Origin: a virus
Lineage: Duplodnaviria > Caudoviricetes
Length of the DNA stretch: 64,000 bases
IMG/VR virus record: IMGVR_UViG_3300027864_000205
Location: 9,929 to 73,928 of that record
Reading direction: 5' to 3' (one strand)
This document shows positions 57,516-64,000 of the stretch, piece after piece; position 1 is the first letter of the stretch, and each line of letters begins with the position of its first letter. A program made the position numbers and the translations under genes. Below the pieces are notes generated by a model, which saw only the letters and a program-made list of their open reading frames with translations, ran no database searches and was not told the origin of the DNA.

Positions 57516-57716
57516 CTACATGTGCAAGTGCGGCAAGCGTGGCGACAATCGTTTTTGCGGTAGTATTTGGCGACATGATTGTCTGTATAGTACACAAGGC
57601 TCTTTCCCCTCAAAGCAACGTATGGGGGTGCGCATTGAACACTTACCCAAGCCACAGTACGATGCGCAGTCTTTGAGATATTCTTTCCGCTTGGCTCGTC
57701 TAAATATATTAAGCAT
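57516..57716 (-). CDS. Small Cys-rich basic protein
   Basis: Start overlaps the sigma-like stop; MLNIFRRAKRKEYLKDCASYCGLGKC... Confidence 0.5.
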   Translation of the reverse strand: MLNIFRRAKRKEYLKDCASYCGLGKCSMRTPIRCFEGKEPCVLYRQSCRQILPQKRLSPRLPHLHM

Positions 57717-58224
57717 ATTCCGGCATCCTCTCCGGGAAGTATTCCGACAAAACGGCTCGCGCTCGGGCAAGTATACTTTTCTCCGGCTTGCTGCGGATAG
57801 ATTCACCGACGTACTTGCGCTTAATTACTGCAAGTTCTTCTTCTGTAAACAACTTCATGATGTCGTGCAACGCTAAGTCGTAGCAATCATCAACGGGTAT
57901 CTCCGGAAAAGTGTTGTCAGAAAACCGCTCATCAAGATACACCACATTGATACGTTCGTTACGGGGAACACTTTTCATTCCGTGTGGCATATGGCGACGG
58001 CGTATGTCGAGCAGTTCATATTGAAGTTCGTGCCTTAAAAATGATGGCAACGAAGGGGAACGCTCTTCGTCAAACTTTCCGAGTGCCCGCCACATACGGA
58101 TAGTCAACTCTTGCCGCACATCTTCTATATCAAGCTGCAATGCAATTATTAACGGGAGATTCCTTGCTATACATCCTTCGAGTATGTTTTCGTATTCCTC
58201 TATGGCGCTTTCAATGTTCTCCAT
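57709..58224 (-). CDS. Sigma-70 region-2-like factor
   Basis: DIEDVRQEL.I.MWRAL.KFDEER...FL...L..EL.D..RR; short region-4-like tail. Confidence 0.7.
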   Translation of the reverse strand: MENIESAIEEYENILEGCIARNLPLIIALQLDIEDVRQELTIRMWRALGKFDEERSPSLPSFLRHELQYELLDIRRRHMPHGMKSVPRNERINVVYLDERFSDNTFPEIPVDDCYDLALHDIMKLFTEEELAVIKRKYVGESIRSKPEKSILARARAVLSEYFPERMPEYA

Positions 58225-58507
58225 GAGTCGTTCTCCTTTCTGCTAAAAGGGGATTGATTATTTCTATATCGCTGTGGTCGCACAGCCTCCCTTCCAGCCA
58301 AGCGATAAAGCGTTCTGTCGGGAAAGTGTAGTTTGTTCTTCGTCTGCCTTGATGCACGACGGCAAATGGATATTTCCCGGCTTTAGCCATATTCCGTACA
58401 TGCTGAGCGTCCTTTTTAAGCATACGCCCGATAATTTCGGCAGTTATGACGTTCGGGTGTTCCCTGCGTAAATCCGCTATAGTGGGAGCTGGTTGTGTGG
58501 CATTCAA
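58211..58507 (-). CDS. Excisionase-like / HTH DNA-binding protein
   Basis: ITAEIIGRML...VRNMA..GKYPFA...YTFP..RF..WL. Confidence 0.6.
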   Translation of the reverse strand: MNATQPAPTIADLRREHPNVITAEIIGRMLKKDAQHVRNMAKAGKYPFAVVHQGRRRTNYTFPTERFIAWLEGRLCDHSDIEIINPLLAERRTTHGEH

Positions 58508-58531
58508 GATAACTCCTCCTCTAAATAATGA

Positions 58532-58993
58532 TTATGCTGTATCGATGATTGTCGGTTGCTTGTCGCAAAAGCGTAAGGTGAGTACTGCCCCGGCAAGGTC
58601 AAACAACCTACTCATGAGAGTCTCAAACTCCGCTTGCTGGTCATGGCTCAATGCATTTGAATACGTAATTTCCACAAGCCTTGGTGTCAGAGTTCTGCTT
58701 GTTTCAAGTTCTTTCAAAAGCCAGAGCGTTGCCTGAGAGAGCGTGAAATCTATCATTGGCTTCGGTAGGCATTTACCCGCTATGTCATCGGACAGCAGGT
58801 GCTGAATCAGTAGCCATTCCGAGCCGTATGCCAAAGCCATCTTTTCGACGGTCTTGTTTTTCGGCACTCGCACCCCCGTTTCGTAAGCGCGGAGGCTTTC
58901 AACCGATATGTCCAGTAGTTCTGCTACCGCTTCCTGCGTTAAATCGGTAGCTTCTCTTGCCTTTTGGTAGATATTTATGTATTCGCACTGCAT
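58532..58993 (-). CDS. XRE-family transcriptional regulator
   Basis: AREATDLTQEAVAELLDISVESLRAYETG.RVP. Confidence 0.88.
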   Translation of the reverse strand: MQCEYINIYQKAREATDLTQEAVAELLDISVESLRAYETGVRVPKNKTVEKMALAYGSEWLLIQHLLSDDIAGKCLPKPMIDFTLSQATLWLLKELETSRTLTPRLVEITYSNALSHDQQAEFETLMSRLFDLAGAVLTLRFCDKQPTIIDTA

Positions 58994-59024
58994 AGACCCC
59001 GGACTCCCTTCCGTGTTATACTTG

Positions 59025-59273
59025 CTACATGGTTATCCCTAACACTCTGTTGATTTCTTCTACTTCACCCTCTCGGGCAGTAAGACTTCTGCCATTAAGC
59101 ATATGATTCAAGGTTTGCTTTTTGATGGAAAAGCCTTTGCTGTTAAGATGTTCTAAAAGAGTTTTTTGACTGTAGGGCGGGTTGCGCTCCAGTTCCCTTT
59201 CGAGCAAACGCTTTTTCACCTCAACGCCCCATGGTGTCCGTCCCGATTTGTAGATATTTGGGTCAATTCCCAT
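59025..59273 (-). CDS. Cro-like HTH regulator
   Basis: YSQKTLLEHL...IKKQTLNHMLNGR. Confidence 0.7.
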   Translation of the reverse strand: MGIDPNIYKSGRTPWGVEVKKRLLERELERNPPYSQKTLLEHLNSKGFSIKKQTLNHMLNGRSLTAREGEVEEINRVLGITM

Positions 59274-59303
59274 AGAAATATCGCCCCCTTTCCTTCGATA
59301 ATG

Positions 59304-59332
59304 TTGACAGGTGCAAGGCTGAGTTGTATAAT
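59304..59332 (+). promoter_or_regulatory. Consensus sigma-A promoter, antisense to the first early gene
   Basis: TTGACA (59304-09), 17 nt, TATAAT (59327-32). Confidence 0.75.
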
Positions 59333-59340
59333 GGTGTGGC

Positions 59341-59553
59341 TTATACCATCATGTAAACGTACTCGTCAACATCGGACGCTTGGCCGTAGTATTTTGCAAA
59401 GAGTTCGCCGTTTACGAAGATATCAAACGCTTTAGCGAATAGCGTGCCCGTCGGTACTATTCTCACTTTTGAGCCCTTTACCGCTCCGCTTTTTGTGAGG
59501 ATATCGCGCACATTCTCTTGGTCTTGCCTTGTCACTTGAAGCTTGTTTATCAT
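59341..59553 (-). CDS. First early-operon hypothetical protein
   Basis: AAAAGGAGA RBS; 70 aa; downstream of operator-promoter. Confidence 0.7.
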   Translation of the reverse strand: MINKLQVTRQDQENVRDILTKSGAVKGSKVRIVPTGTLFAKAFDIFVNGELFAKYYGQASDVDEYVYMMV

Positions 59554-59607
59554 GATGGTTTCTCCTTTTACCCTGCGTTTGTACTTGTCTTAATACTTAG
59601 CGTATGT

Positions 59608-59663
59608 TTATTATAATCCCTAATTTGAGGGAAGTCAATAACCAATCTCCCTAATTTGAGGAA
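59608..59663 (-). promoter_or_regulatory. Early lytic promoter with two operators
   Basis: Minus-strand TTGACT, 17 nt, TATAAT; spacer holds TCCCT-N6-AGGGA (59617-32); second operator TCCCTAATTTGAGGAA at 59648-63. Confidence 0.85.
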
Positions 59664-59733
59664 ATTTACCTATTGCACAAAAATAACACCCTGTTTTTGT
59701 ACAAGGTGCATGATAAAAGAAAGCGGGTTCGAT

Positions 59734-60210
59734 ATGGGTAATTCAATAGAAGAGCGAATTAAAGAGTTTGAAGAAAGCTTTAAGAAGATAGTAGAGGAAA
59801 GACAGCAGGCTGTAGAGGAGTCTGTGGCGGTATTCAAGACTCTCTATGAGGGTGTACTGCCGATCATTAAGGTCATAAAAAGGAACAAAATTATTTTTAT
59901 GCACCCTGACATAAAGGATGTGACAGTGCATGGCCCGATAATCGCAAAGGAACAAAATTATCCGTCAAACATTTACATTTATGATGGGAACTTTGCCGTG
60001 CGTGTTAACCCTGCTAAAGATGAAATCGAAACAGATTCAAAGATTTTCATTGAGAAAATTGCACATAATTTAGATTGGGATTTTGCATTCAAGGGACTTT
60101 ACACACTGAATTCATACTTAGATAATGTCATTGATTATGAAAGGGACACTATCGACAAAATCAATGATATTACGCTAGGTGTGAAATTAAGCATGGAGCG
60201 TAACTTATAG
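59734..60210 (+). CDS. AT-rich accessory hypothetical protein
   Basis: Probable start MGNSIEE; N-terminal coiled coil; visibly lower GC than flanks. Confidence 0.7.
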   Translation: MGNSIEERIKEFEESFKKIVEERQQAVEESVAVFKTLYEGVLPIIKVIKRNKIIFMHPDIKDVTVHGPIIAKEQNYPSNIYIYDGNFAVRVNPAKDEIETDSKIFIEKIAHNLDWDFAFKGLYTLNSYLDNVIDYERDTIDKINDITLGVKLSMERNL

Positions 60211-60219
60211 TCCTAGTGC

Positions 60220-60441
60220 TTATGTATCGCCCATCCTTGGAGCCCCACCATAATCTGGTTTAGGCTTATTTGCAGCGTACTTCTCTTTCAATTTTTGTTT
60301 TTCGTCATCTGCAAGCTTATTGACCAGGCTGACGATTTCTGGATCTTCAACTATTCTGCGCAACGCGCTTACGTCCTCACGAATAAGTTTTAGTTCTTGA
60401 AGTATCTCCCTAGCAATTCCAGTATAACTCATAGCAATCAC
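60220..60441 (-). CDS. Small coiled-coil hypothetical protein
   Basis: AAGGGTGA RBS; directly downstream of the second operator-promoter copy. Confidence 0.65.
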   Translation of the reverse strand: MIAMSYTGIAREILQELKLIREDVSALRRIVEDPEIVSLVNKLADDEKQKLKEKYAANKPKPDYGGAPRMGDT

Positions 60442-60462
60442 CCTTTCTGATAAGTAGTAAAG

Positions 60463-60494
60463 TTATTATAATCCCTAATTTGAGGGAAGTCAAT
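60463..60494 (-). promoter_or_regulatory. Second identical copy of the 32-bp operator-promoter
   Basis: ttattataatccctaatttgagggaagtcaat identical to 59608-59639. Confidence 0.88.
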
Positions 60495-60533
60495 GTTTGA
60501 GCATTCTTTTTTGAAAAATGAGGTGCGCGCTGT

Positions 60534-60986
60534 ATGGTATTTTTTGAAAGACTTGAATCCTTGCGCCTGAAGCGCGAACTATCTCGCAACAAGCTTTGTA
60601 GCGAACTAGGTGTCGGGAAAAACTCTATCGCTAACTGGGAGCAACGCGGCAACATTCCTGATGGAGAGGTTCTTACTAGGATTGCCACTCTTTTTGAAGT
60701 AACTACTGACTACCTCCTTGGTCGCACCGACGACCCGCATATCGTAATCTATCCGGCAGATCCTGATAAGGTAAGAGAGCATGAAGAAGAAATGCGGCAG
60801 AATAGGGAAGCATTTTATAGCAAGCTTGAATCGGAAATAGACAGGGCGGCCGCCAAGCGAAGACCGCCAGAACCCGCAAATGTATCAGTGGCAAACCTCA
60901 TTGACCTCGTACAAGATTTAAGCGAAGATGAAGCTTCTAAGGTTGCGGAGTACGCACAACTACTGAAGCGTGTGCGAAATCAATAG
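60534..60986 (+). CDS. Prophage repressor, XRE-family HTH
   Basis: LSRNKLCSELGVGKNSIANWE.RG..P...L..IA..FEVTTDYLLGRTD; divergent from early genes. Confidence 0.9.
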   Translation: MVFFERLESLRLKRELSRNKLCSELGVGKNSIANWEQRGNIPDGEVLTRIATLFEVTTDYLLGRTDDPHIVIYPADPDKVREHEEEMRQNREAFYSKLESEIDRAAAKRRPPEPANVSVANLIDLVQDLSEDEASKVAEYAQLLKRVRNQ

Positions 60987-61004
60987 GCTTTTACGAAATA
61001 AATA

Positions 61005-61033
61005 TTGACAACTCGGGGTGTGCGTGGTAGTAT
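61005..61033 (+). promoter_or_regulatory. Antitoxin RNA promoter
   Basis: TTGACA, 17 nt, TGgTAGTAT. Confidence 0.75.
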
Positions 61034-61038
61034 GTGAG

Positions 61039-61140
61039 TGTAGGTAACTACAACCGCTGTAGACAAGCGGTAACAAGAGGTCGAGAGCATATTATCCAAA
61101 AGCGAAAGCCCCGAGGTCAGCAACACCTCGGGGCTTTCTT
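61039..61140 (+). ncRNA. Type I antitoxin RNA (par RNAII-like)
   Basis: No ORF; between promoter and terminator; carries AAGAGGTC and ATTATCC, repeated over the toxin start region. Confidence 0.65.
61104..61138. terminator. Bidirectional terminator shared by toxin and antitoxin
   Basis: 14-bp perfect stem gaaagccccgaggt / acctcggggctttc. Confidence 0.88.
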
Positions 61141-61143
61141 GGG

Positions 61144-61233
61144 CTAGTCGTCGCGTTCGTCGCTATCCAACCACTTGCAGATACTATAGACAATCATACC
61201 TGCCACGATAGCGATTAAGAGGTCACATAACAC
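61144..61233 (-). CDS. Type I toxin, Fst/Ldr-like, 29 aa
   Basis: Not in ORF track; AGGAGG RBS + GTG; MLCDLLIAIVAGMIVYSICKWLDSDERDD. Confidence 0.8.
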   Translation of the reverse strand: MLCDLLIAIVAGMIVYSICKWLDSDERDD

Positions 61234-61290
61234 ATTATCCCTCCTCTCCGCTGCAAGATTGCCAGCGTTGGGAGTGGCGACAACTCAACT

Positions 61291-61319
61291 ATAATATTAG
61301 GTCATAGCTGTTTTGTCAA
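61291..61319 (-). promoter_or_regulatory. Toxin promoter
   Basis: Minus-strand TTGACA, 17 nt, TATTAT. Confidence 0.75.
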
Positions 61320-61353
61320 TGGGGTGACACTGAAAGGGTCACGGACAAAGCCA

Positions 61354-61509
61354 CTACGGTTCGGGGGTGCGGTTGGCTCGCAATGCTGAAACGAATTCGG
61401 TTATTTCGTCTGCTTCTTCGGAAGTCAGCGTGAGCAGCAATTCTTCTAACTCGATTAAGTATTGCGGCTTTTCGTGAGTGCTGTGTTTAGGCGGTACGTT
61501 GTCTTGCAT
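61354..61509 (-). CDS. 51-aa protein resembling the repressor C-terminal helices
   Basis: Not in ORF track; purine-rich RBS; MQDNVPPKHSTHEKPQYLIELEELLLTLTSEEADEITEFVSALRANRTPEP. Confidence 0.6.
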   Translation of the reverse strand: MQDNVPPKHSTHEKPQYLIELEELLLTLTSEEADEITEFVSALRANRTPEP

Positions 61510-61602
61510 GATAATAACCCTTCTTTCTTGTGTCAGGCGTCTTAGCGTCTAAGAATAATTAACCCACAGAGTGGTAGCTTACAAATAGGAGGAATTTTTA
61601 GT

Positions 61603-61947
61603 ATGAGGAAATCAATAAGTTTGATAGTTTTGGCGATTATCGTTTTGTCTGTGGTGGCGTGCGGACCGACAAGTCGGCTCAACGAAACGAATACCCTTGT
61701 AGCCACGAGAGTCATCAATGCTGTGGATGCGTACTTGGATGGAGGCTCGCTCAATTCTGTCAGAACCGTTGTTGAACGAGAGATGGGCAATGTTGACGAT
61801 AGTTGCGATACTGCGTTCCTTTTGTCTGCACGGCTGATAACTTTGAATGCGGAGTTGTTTCATTCCTCGGTGCGCGGAGAAGATGTAGAAGCGATAAGGG
61901 GATTTAGGAACGGTGTCGCTGAGCTTGCCGGCATACGCAACAGATAG
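61603..61947 (+). CDS. Lipoprotein, candidate superinfection exclusion protein
   Basis: AGGAGG RBS; signal peptide and lipobox VVAC; lysogeny module. Confidence 0.75.
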   Translation: MRKSISLIVLAIIVLSVVACGPTSRLNETNTLVATRVINAVDAYLDGGSLNSVRTVVEREMGNVDDSCDTAFLLSARLITLNAELFHSSVRGEDVEAIRGFRNGVAELAGIRNR

Positions 61948-62454
61948 ATGAGAAGTGACTTTGAAATTGATGCTGCCTTGGGTATGTCGCGAAAAGAGAG
62001 GCAGGCGTTACAGCAACAAGCCATAGACGAAGACGATGGTGCGTGGGAGCGCGAATTGCGGCAGGCAAACATGACAAGAGGCGGGGTCGATAATTCTGCC
62101 TCAGAAGGTCGAACGTGGAAAGAAGTAAATGCCATGCGGTCAAGGAGGAACGAAGGGTACAAAATGCTCGAAGAAATGAATGAGTGTTTGGCGAAGCTTG
62201 AACGTCATTACGAGCAAGACAATGAAATTCGCATATTGAGAATTGCTGCAGAGGTGGTAGAAATAGAGGGGTTGTCTCCCCATCAGACATCATTGGCAAT
62301 AAAAAGACTGGCTGATTACTATTATTCGGAAGATAACTGGCTTATGGCTCTCGACCATTATGAGATAGGTTATCGGCTGAATCCGAAATTGCCGGTGAAG
62401 CGAAGGATAGAGGAGTTGTCGTCAGAAGCTAAAACTCAATACAAACCCATATAA
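61948..62454 (+). CDS. Protein with MuF-junction N-terminal segment and TPR-like C-terminus
   Basis: ERQALQQQAIDEDDGAWEREL shared with MuF; LADYYY...ALDHYEIGYRLNP. Confidence 0.7.
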   Translation: MRSDFEIDAALGMSRKERQALQQQAIDEDDGAWERELRQANMTRGGVDNSASEGRTWKEVNAMRSRRNEGYKMLEEMNECLAKLERHYEQDNEIRILRIAAEVVEIEGLSPHQTSLAIKRLADYYYSEDNWLMALDHYEIGYRLNPKLPVKRRIEELSSEAKTQYKPI

Positions 62455-62561
62455 TATCGGTTTGCGAAATCAAAAGGGAAAGCGATTTTATCACAATTCA
62501 GAGATTAAAGTGTAGACTTAGTTATATAATGACGTTTTTCGATACAGGGGTAGGAGGTTGC

Positions 62562-63665
62562 ATGGATACCGAAAAGAAGAAAAAACGCAGACCACGGAGA
62601 TTTAACGGTACTGGTGCTGTGTGGAAAATGCAAGGGCGGCGACGGCAACCTTGGATTGCTCGTGCAAACCCTGAAAGCGATGAAAACGGAGAGCCTATAT
62701 ATATTTACTCATATCACGAAACGGCATTCGATGCTGACAAGGCAATCCCTCAGATGGAAAAAGAGTATTGGGAGAGCAAGAACAGAAATCCATTTAGCGC
62801 AGATACTGTAGCGCAGGTTTGGGAACGGTATAAACTGAGAATTGAAAAGAAAAACAAGAATACTGCAAAGGGGTACGGTCATTCTTACGCTCATTGGTCT
62901 GCATTGCACGGCAGAAGCATTGCAGAGCTGTTGACTCGTGACCTTCAGGAGCTTGTTGACGAGAAAGAATCCATGTCGTTCTCTACCTTGTCTAAAATGA
63001 AATCAATAATGGTATCAATATTTAATGAGGCTGCAAAAGATGACATTGTAAAGCGTAACTATGCAAGCCTGATTGAACTCCCCAAGAGCGAGCCTACTGA
63101 TAGTCGCCGGTCTTTTACTGATGAAGAAATGCAAAAAATACAAAAAACCGCATTCGACGGAATGCACGGAGAAGCCGTACCGTATGCGGATGTAATATTG
63201 CTTATGTGTTGTATGGGGTGGCGACCTACCGAAATGTGCGAATTAAAACCCGAAAATGTTGACATTGAGAACTGGATTATTACTGGCGGCATTAAGACCG
63301 CTGCGGGCAAGCAGCGCAGAGTTCCTGTTTATCACGCTGTGCGGCCTATAGTAGAGCGTTGGTTGAAGAAAGGCTGTAGTAGGCTTATCACTAACGAGTT
63401 AGGCGAGCCGCTTACAAAAGATACATGGCGCACCCGATATTATAATGCTATGGAAAAAATGTTCGGAGAAGTTGAAGGAGTGCCACCGTATACAACCAGA
63501 CATACTTGCGCATCAATGCTATTCGCTTGCGGAGCTGACAAAGTGACCATTGCTCGTATTATGGGGCATAAGGATTATAAGATTACCAATAGGGTATACA
63601 CACATGTTCAGCTAAGAGAACTTATGGCTGCCGTAGATACACTGGATAAGTCCTCGCTTTTGTAA
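62562..63665 (+). CDS. int: Tyrosine recombinase (phage integrase)
   Basis: GWRPTEM (R), IKTAAG (K), YTTRHT, IMGH...VY; AGGAGG RBS. Confidence 0.95.
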   Translation: MDTEKKKKRRPRRFNGTGAVWKMQGRRRQPWIARANPESDENGEPIYIYSYHETAFDADKAIPQMEKEYWESKNRNPFSADTVAQVWERYKLRIEKKNKNTAKGYGHSYAHWSALHGRSIAELLTRDLQELVDEKESMSFSTLSKMKSIMVSIFNEAAKDDIVKRNYASLIELPKSEPTDSRRSFTDEEMQKIQKTAFDGMHGEAVPYADVILLMCCMGWRPTEMCELKPENVDIENWIITGGIKTAAGKQRRVPVYHAVRPIVERWLKKGCSRLITNELGEPLTKDTWRTRYYNAMEKMFGEVEGVPPYTTRHTCASMLFACGADKVTIARIMGHKDYKITNRVYTHVQLRELMAAVDTLDKSSLL

Positions 63666-63671
63666 GTTTTG

Positions 63672-63740
63672 TTTGCTGGACTTTTGCTAGACTTTTGCTA
63701 GATACCTTCTGCTATTTACTGCCATTTTTTGCCATTTGCG
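63672..63740. repeat. Candidate integrase arm-type sites
   Basis: CTTTTGCTAGA twice (63681-63702) amid degenerate TTTGC(T/C)A units. Confidence 0.55.
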
Positions 63741-63765
63741 AAAAGGTCATAATTGGATAAACAAA

Positions 63766-63809
63766 AAAGAGAAAGCCTTGAAACGCTTGGGTTTCAAGGC
63801 TTTCTCTTT
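63766..63809. terminator. Bidirectional terminator between integrase and tRNA
   Basis: 19-bp perfect stem aaagagaaagccttgaaac / gtttcaaggctttctcttt, flanked by A and T tracts. Confidence 0.9.
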
Positions 63810-63819
63810 GCTTTTTGCG

Positions 63820-63895
63820 TGGTGGAGAATAGCGGGATCGAACCGCTGACCTCTTGACTGCCAGTCAAGCGCTCTCCCAGCTGAGCTATACCCCC
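63820..63895 (-). tRNA. tRNA-Ala(GGC), integration target
   Basis: GGGGGTATAGCTCAGCTGGGAGAGCGCTTGACTGGCAGTCAAGAGGTCAGCGGTTCGATCCCGCTATTCTCCACCA; 76 nt, encoded CCA. Confidence 0.97.
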
Positions 63896-64000
63896 ATGTT
63901 GCTGTATGTTTATTCAATTGTGCATGCCAGTCAGGCGGTGGAAGTAACTTTTTAACTGCCAGTCAGGCGGCGGAAATATTTTTGCGTGTCTACCGACCCA

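Larger units (their letters stand above)
1..63819 (-). mobile_element. Prophage (PBSX/skin-like myovirus morphogenesis genes), right end at tRNA-Ala; left end outside window
   Basis: Continuous integrase-immunity-replication-packaging-head-tail-baseplate gene order; integrase 3' end abuts tRNA 3' end. Confidence 0.95.

Noticed and set aside
57503-57655. 51-aa N-terminal extension of the antirepressor
   Set aside because: BRO-N consensus begins at MNELQIF (57502) after a GGAGG RBS
59656-59733. N-terminal extension of the plus-strand accessory ORF given by the ORF track
   Set aside because: Starts inside the operator without an RBS; a downstream ATG (59734, or 59710) is more plausible
17790-62073. 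DGR template/variable repeat pair, since 5 of 8 mismatches are A versus G
   Set aside because: Three mismatches are at non-A positions, most changes are synonymous transitions, and no reverse transcriptase or Avd gene is in the window
1-64000. CRISPR array
   Set aside because: No series of three or more equal repeats with unique spacers and no cas genes; the repeats found are pairs or short tandem units

Overview
The window is most of one temperate, contractile-tailed (PBSX/skin-like) prophage of a Bacillota host, probably Clostridia, integrated at the 3' end of a tRNA-Ala(GGC) gene (63820-63895, minus strand). From right to left it contains: a tyrosine integrase; a lysogeny/immunity region (lipoprotein, Fst-type toxin-antitoxin, XRE repressor, duplicated operator-promoter); a long minus-strand early region (Cro-like and XRE regulators, sigma-like factor, BRO antirepressor, fused SbcD-SbcC, SSB, replication initiator with iterons, DnaC-like loader, three DNA methyltransferases, PcfK/PcfJ-like pair, beta clamp, radical SAM, RecU, SNF2 helicase); an ArpU/RinA-type late activator; a five-gene transporter/PAPS-reductase-like/ParB-like module; and terminase, portal, MuF, head, tail and baseplate genes. 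The tail fibre runs off the left edge; lysis genes and the other att site are outside the window. Strongest leads: (1) the solute-symporter + 2 PP-loop + 2 ParB-like module at the head of the late operon, with a structured leader carrying a 10-codon uORF; (2) a MuF protein with an HExxH C-terminal domain and a small downstream ORF, whose 79-bp junction segment recurs, inverted and about 90% identical, 44 kb away at the start of a different C-terminal domain; (3) an unannotated 51-aa protein resembling the repressor C-terminus (SinI-like mimic); (4) antisense promoters overlapping ribosome-binding sites of lytic genes. Family assignments come from motif recognition and gene order, not database searches.
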